A DNA stretch of 64,000 nucleotides from the human T2T-CHM13v2.0 reference genome, Homo sapiens: the NCBI RefSeq assembly GCF_009914755.1, contig NC_060936.1; one strand, 5' to 3'. Under the pieces are notes generated by a model. The model was not told where the DNA came from, did not search any database, and saw only the letters and a program-made list of their open reading frames with translations. Positions 56,806-64,000 of this stretch are shown here, piece by piece. A program made the translations under genes and the position numbers. The stretch's first letter is position 1; each line of letters begins with the position of its first letter.

Positions 56806-57609
56806 ACATCACTAATCATTAGATAAATGCAAATTAAAGCCATAATACGATACCATCTCACACCAGTCAGAGTGGCTGTTAGTAAAAAGTCAAAAACAAC
56901 AAATGTCAGCGAGGCTGAGAAAATAAGGGAATTCTCACACTCTGTTGGTAGGAATGTAAATTAATTCAGCCACGGTGGAAAGCAGTTTGGTGGTCTCTCA
57001 AAGAACTTAAAAGTGAATTACCATTTGACCTAGCAATCCCATTATTGGGTATATCCCCAAAGAAAAATAAATCATTCTACCAAAAAGACACATGCATTCA
57101 TATGTTCATCACAGCATTATTCACAATAGTAAAGACATGGAATCAACCTAGGTGCCCAGCAATGGTGTACTGGATAATAAAAATGTGGTACACATACACC
57201 ATGGTATACTATACAGCCATAAAAAGACTGAATGTCCTTTGCAGCAACATAGACATAGCTGGAGGCCATTATCCTAAGCAAATTAACACAGGAATAAAAA
57301 CAACAAATATCACAAATTCCCACAAGTGTGAGCTAAATAAGCATTGGGTACTCAGGGACGTAAATATGACAGCAATAGACACTGGGGACTACTAGAGTGA
57401 GGAGGAAGGGAGTGGGGCAAGGATTCAATAACTATTGGTACTATGCTCAGTACCTGTGTGACAGGATCAATCATACCCCAAACCTTAGCATTGTGCAATA
57501 TACCCATGTAACAAATCTGCACATGTCCCCCTTGAATCTAAAATAAAAGTTGAAATTAATAAAAAAAAATGAAACCAGGTTTGCTGGCACTGATGCTAGC
57601 AGGCACACT

Positions 57610-57679
57610 AAGCAGTTGACTTCAGGGTACAACTTGAAAAGGACAGAAGCAGTTGACTTCAGGGTACAATTAGAAAAGG
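57610..57679 (+). repeat. 37-bp-period tandem duplication
   Basis: aagcagttgacttcagggtacaa at 57610 and 57647. Confidence 0.9.
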
Positions 57680-59004
57680 CCCAATTTAAAGTGTCCACTA
57701 CCATCCTGTCTCAGATATGGAAATCCCACCATGAGTTTTGTCAGACTCAGTCTTGGTCCTTGCCCACACAGCATCCCTCAAATCCCCAATCAGTACCCAT
57801 CAGATCTCCATTCCTGGCAAATGTGGGACCTACCACCTGTCCCTGGAACCCACTGAGACCTGAGGCTGAGGCTGTGCTAGATCACCCAACCAGCAGCCTA
57901 GTGACACTTAGAACATCTACAGAGCAGAGAAATAAAGGAGGGAAAGAATTTATGCTTGATTCATTTGGAGCATTACTGTCAGGCATGGTTCTAGTTGCTA
58001 GAGACACAGCAGAGAATTTATACCCTTAGATTTTAATAAGGGAAGACAGACAATAAACAAAATTTAAAACACCTTATATGGTATGTAAGAAGGTGATAAC
58101 ACATAACAGGGAAGGAGATAAAGAACGTGGGTTAAGAGGAAGTTAGAACTTTCCCGATATATATTTTTTAAAGCTCTGATGAGGTCATCATGAGAACAAA
58201 TAAGATTTTTGTTGGTCTTTCATACAGTTATTATAGAGCTTCATGTTGTTTATATTTTGAATTACACATGGCAGGTGTGGGAGAAATGTGGGCATTTAGA
58301 ACTCCTAATTTTGTCCAGAACCCAGGCAGAGCATGAAGTGCACCACCCTCAGTCTGGGCCCAGTGTGATTACTAATATAAGACTCAACCTTTGCATCCTG
58401 ATTCTAATCATTGCCACCTGCCATCTCCATGCCCAGACACACCCCTCTACCTAGGCCCAGGGCTGATGAGGATTCATGGATGCCCTGATTCTAGAAGCCT
58501 GTTCTGATGACCTCTCTGAGTTCAGTGCTCCCTGAGGTTCCAATTCTTATAGCTGGGTTTCTGTCTTGGTAACTCTTCTTCAGCTCAGAGTCTGGTCTTC
58601 TCTTTAAAGGAAACCTGAGGCCAGAGCTGTGCCTTGTTTTTGACAGTATCCATCCCTGAGGACTAGACAATCCTCCTGAGTCCAGTCCAGAGTGGGGCAC
58701 CTTGTGATACACAGTTGGACCCCTAGCCTGCCTGCCTGCTATTTCAGAGACATCCACTGACCACAGTTGATAGGACAAGCCATCTATCCCATGGCCCTGC
58801 AACTTCAAGTCTGGCTCAGAACTTGACATACCCTGAGAAACTGACCTTGTTCCTCAAAGTGCTTTGAAGCTAGCCTAGACCCCTGGCTTCTTCATGCCTA
58901 TGAGAAAGTGATATTGTAGGCTCCAGCCCCTCCTCTCTGACACTGCCCAGCAATAACTGGCCCTTTCAAATGCACGTCTATACTATCATCCTTTCCTTCA
59001 GAAT

Positions 59005-59597
59005 TCTTCTCTCTCTCTCTTTTCTTCTCTCTCCCCTTTCTTCCTTCCTTCCTTTCTTTCTCTTTCTTTCTTTCTTTTTTCTTTCTTTTTCTTTCCTTCT
59101 TTCTTTTCTTTCTTTCCTTCTTTCACAGCTTTATTAAAGTAATTTCCATTCCATGACTTTATTTTTAGTAAATTTAGAGCTATGTATATATCACCACATG
59201 CCAGTGTTCAAACAATTTCATCACCCCAATACACCCCTCATGTCCATTTGTAGTCTAGTGCCATTCTCACCTCCAACCCCAGGCAACCACTGACTTACTT
59301 TCTGTCTTTATAGACTTCGCTTTTCTGGACATTTCATGTACATAGAATCATGCAATGTGTGGTATTTTACATCTGATGTCTTTCACTTAACATACTGTTT
59401 TGAAGATGTGTCTATGTCATAGCATGTATTGGGAGTTTTTCCTTTTTATTGAATGAACATACCATATTTTATTTATCCATTCACCTGTCGATGGACATTT
59501 GGGTAGTTTCTAGTTCTGAATAATACTGCTCCATGAACATTCATGGACAAGTCTTTGCATGGACATGTGTTTTCATTCCTTTTCAGTTTTTTTTTTT
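59005..59597 (-). mobile_element. L1MB/ME 3' end with CT-rich tail
   Basis: ccccaggcaaccactgacttac, tttcacttaacatac. Confidence 0.75.
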
Positions 59598-60263
59598 TAG
59601 CACAAATCATATTTAAAGTGGGAACATAATTAATCAATAATGCTTTGACTTAAGTTACTACAGCTTAAGAACTGGAGGACTGTAAGAGAGGAGAAATACA
59701 GTGGCCGAAAGGTGGAAAAAGGAACATAGGAGTAAATTCATCTCCTCAAGGGGCAAAGAGAGGAAACAAAGGCAGTCACAGCCCCATCCATGTGTCTCTG
59801 CTCCCTGGTTTAGATGGGAGAAAAATAAAGCAGCCTCCAGGGAAATGTAGCTTCATGTAATTATCATGTTTGATGAAAAAAGTCAATCAATTGTTGAGGT
59901 GTTTTCAAATATGCAACTGTTCCACGTGCATGGATGGAAGGTCCTGGTGCCATCCTTTGCTTCTCACTCTCCTTCACCTCCCCATTCCACTGCCATCACC
60001 CAAGTCCAGACCCATCATTCTTTTTTGCATGGACCACTGGCCTCCTTATCTGCTAACTGAATTTCTTCTCTTCTTTCTCCATGCACTTCCAGAGTACTCC
60101 TTCTTTAGGATAAATCTGACCATGCCACTCTTCTGATAAAACTGATCGAGGTTCCCCAAGACCCCAGCTTGTGTCATTGGTCTCATTTCTCACCAGCGGC
60201 TACTCTGCTCCTATTACCCGCTCCTTCATAGATTACCTTTATTGAGGTAATTCACATTCTATG

Positions 60264-61009
<746 letters not shown>

Positions 61010-61079
61010 CATCACCCCAACATTTCCATCACAGTATGTAGACACTCTGTGCCTCAGCCTTTTGGAAACACTTTGTCTC

Positions 61080-61430
61080 CCAAATATTCTGCTTTTTTCC
61101 CTTCCAGGCTTTCGAAACTGCCACTGCCTCTGCCTGATACATTTTCCTCCTTGACCCTCTTAACTCCTGCTCATCCTCATGTCTCACCTTAGACACCTCT
61201 TCTTTCTGGAGGCCTCCTCGAGCCCACAAAGAGTAGTAGCAGGGCCTCTCTTGGATGCCTCACAGAGTCATCTCACCTCAGGCATAATATTCATCACACG
61301 ATGCCCTTCCCTGTTTACATGTCTGTCTTATCCTGTAGACCAGAAGTTTCCCAAAGACCAAATCAATGCCCTCTTCACCAGTGTCTCTGTAGCAGCCAGC
61401 ACCGGGATCTGTACAGCACATATTTATTAA
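61080..61430 (+). mobile_element. L2 3' region
   Basis: ctcctgctcatcctc...cacctcttctttctggagg. Confidence 0.55.
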
Positions 61431-61550
61431 CAACTGCCTCCAAGGCTCAAACCAAATGGCATATTATGTCCATAAGAGCAAGATTTGGAGAGGAAAGCTT
61501 GAGACAAAGACTTCAATTTCTTGTGTGTTCTTATTAATCAGATGTTATTT

Positions 61551-61576
61551 ACACACACACACACACACACACACAC
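61551..61576 (+). repeat. (CA)n
   Basis: Direct inspection. Confidence 0.95.
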
Positions 61577-62209
61577 CTGTGAAGAATGCAGGCAACTCCA
61601 GCATGGTGACTTTTTGGGCCACTGTGGATTGTGTGGGTTCTAGTGCTGGCTCCTCCATGCAAGAGCTGGGACACCCTGTGCAATTCCTTCAGTCTTTCTC
61701 CATCTGCCCAAAGAGCTGCCTATCTTGCAGGATTATTGGACAAATCTGGTAGTGAATATAGATTGTGGATCTTAAAAATGACGAACAACTATATAAACAT
61801 AAGGAATTATCATATACTGCTTCTCCTCTGCTTTTCAAAGAAATCCCCTCGCAATCTTAGAGTTACACAACAATAACCTCATTGCTTAGAAAAAAAATTA
61901 TAACAATAATTCCTTGCATTAGGATCATAGCAAATGTCTTCAAAGTACTTTCAGGTCCATTATCAAATTAGATCCTCATTAATGGGTAGGAAAAGTAGAA
62001 ATTATGATCTCTATTTTATAAATAGTGAAACTGAGACCCAGAGAAAATGTGATTTACCCAGGGTCATGTAACTGTGACACAAAGCTTCAGGGAAGAGTCT
62101 TCAGGGCTTCAGTTTTCTAGTTGGGCTCTGCTTTTGCCATATTGGACTTCTCCTAAGGATTTCAACTCTGGAATGTTTCATCTTGCATGCCCTCAAATAC
62201 CCACCCCCC

Positions 62210-62210
<1 letters not shown>

Positions 62211-62281
<71 letters not shown>
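62211..62281 (+). repeat. (CA)n(GA)n compound microsatellite
   Basis: Direct inspection. Confidence 0.95.
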
Positions 62282-63369
62282 CATGCCCCAATCTCTAGGC
62301 AATCACACAATCTCAAGTTCACAGAAAATTCCATCCAAGAAAATACTTGCATCCAGAGAGAAACACAATACAGACTCCTCCGTGTGCACCCAAGCAGTTG
62401 GGCAAAGCATAACACTTAGTTCTATATAAAACTAAACCTCTCATTTCAGGAAGTAATGGAAAAAAAAATCAACCAAAATTTCTGCATTGAGATAATAAAA
62501 ATATCTTTTGTTATTCCTTAAAGGCAGATTGTAGATGTACTACATGTTAATTTGCTGTCAATTTATTCATTTTTTAAAATATAATCTCCTCCAGTCAAGG
62601 TGGATTTAATTCCATTTTCATCTTGTGTACTTCCTTTCAAGGCTTGGTAATTTCTTTTCTATTTTTATCCATTCCACTTTTGCTTCCTGTCAATTTTTAT
62701 ATCAAAATCTGCTTCAGTTCCATTTGGCAAGGTGCAGTAACAAAAATACTTCTCATGCTTTAATGTTTAAATTTGCCATTGCACTTTAATATGGTTCTCT
62801 GTTTGTGCCAATGGCGTAACGTCAGCTCTTTCACTTGGCACAGATCCTGGACTTGCAGAAGGCAGGAGTTCGATTTCTATAATGGTTCTTCATCACTATC
62901 TGAAATTATCCTTTTTCCTATTCATTTAGTGTGCATTGCACACCCACTATATGCTAGACACTGTGTGTGTGCAGCAGGAATGCAGCTTACATAGGAGATA
63001 AAATAAGACAGCAACTGAAAAAATGCTGGTATATGATGGCAGCACAGGTGTTCTGAGGAAGACCGTGCCCCTGCCATCATGCAGAGGAGGAGGGAAAAGA
63101 ACTGGGACACATACCAGTCACTAGAGGCCATGAGATTTTTCTCTTATCTGAAAGAAGAATATAAACTCAATGTGTCACAGACTGAGGCCATTCTGCAGCC
63201 ACTAGGCCATGCAACATTAAGCCATAGGACACAGGTATGATTGGCCAGAAGCCTGGTCCAAGAAAGGGCCCTGTGGGAGTGCAAGGGACACTACTTCACC
63301 ACTGAGACCACAGCCATGGATACAGACTCATTTTACCGCATTTTGAACCACCTGTCATGCCACAGGGAG

Positions 63370-63565
63370 TGTCAAGAGCTCAGGCTCTGGAATGAAACTA
63401 CTTAGGTTCGACTCCTGGCACTGCCACTCATTACCCATGTGCCCTGTATGTAACTAGTTTCCTCACCTGTAAAGTAGGTCCTTAGGATAAATAATTGAGT
63501 TGGTCAATATGAGTAATGGTTAGAACAATCCCTGGCACATAGTGAGCACTCAAGGTATTTGTTAT
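63370..63565 (+). mobile_element. MIR
   Basis: caagagctcaggctctggaat...gtttcctcacctgtaaa...cctggcacatagtgagcactcaa. Confidence 0.85.
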
Positions 63566-64000
63566 CGTTTCCTGGTTTTGTTTTTTCAGGAAGTGAAACC
63601 CACAGGTTCTGTGGCTCTGCAGTGCCCTCTCTAGGATGCTTTTGTGGATGTGCAGTGGCTCAAGGTGCAGCAGGTAGGACAGAGCTGGGCAATTTAGCTG
63701 GTGCCAAACACAAGTGCACCATCTTACAGCTGCCCCCCATCCCTATAATTGCCATATCACCCTTCCCAGTCACCAGGGCAGGCCATTTTCTTCTCACATT
63801 GGGAAGAGAAGCACAGAGCAGAGTAACTGCCTCATAGAAAACACACATGAGAGAGTCATGCTGTCAGGGTTGAGGTTTTAAAATAACTTGCTCAAAATCA
63901 TATGTCAGGCAAAAGCCAGAAGAGGAATTTGGACCCAGATCTGTCCAGCCTCAAATGTCTTCCCTCCCCACATTTCATCACAGTTTGAGGTGATATATAG

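Noticed and set aside
57610-57679. 23-bp repeat with a short spacer, CRISPR-like at first glance
   Set aside because: Only two copies and the following bases are also similar: a simple tandem duplication in primate DNA, with no cas genes.
62438-62917. Possible piggyBac or LINE ORF1 fossil (IISDSDEE, RNNKR)
   Set aside because: No TIR/TTAA or further motifs; a phase-matched junction to the next block favours a host exon.

Overview
Primate (human-like) nuclear DNA, largely interspersed repeats: about 30 Alu elements or fragments (J, S and Y types), L1PA/L1M/HAL1, L2, MIR, MaLR/ERV LTRs and hAT/Tigger fossils. I found no intact protein-coding gene, RNA gene, CpG island or CRISPR array; nearly all ORFs in the supplied track are Alu, L1 or microsatellite artefacts. 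The main signal lies in the unique DNA between repeats. By eye it resolves into two decayed multi-exon genes pointing towards each other: relict A on + (from before position 1 to ~43.6 kb) and relict B on - (~62.9 to ~48.8 kb). Both show AG/GT-bounded blocks, mostly matching intron phases, scattered stops and transposons inserted inside exons. An intronless KRAB-C2H2 zinc-finger retro-pseudogene (~44.3-45.8 kb) lies between them. I could not assign A or B to a protein family; these are hand reconstructions that need homology confirmation. Also seen: a MER41 LTR with both STAT1 GAS motifs intact, and several template-switch/fold-back scars (an Alu split by a micro-inversion; a ~265-bp inverted duplication inside a nested L2>L1PA16>MLT2A stack). 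Repeat subfamily names come from recalled consensus similarity and boundaries are approximate.
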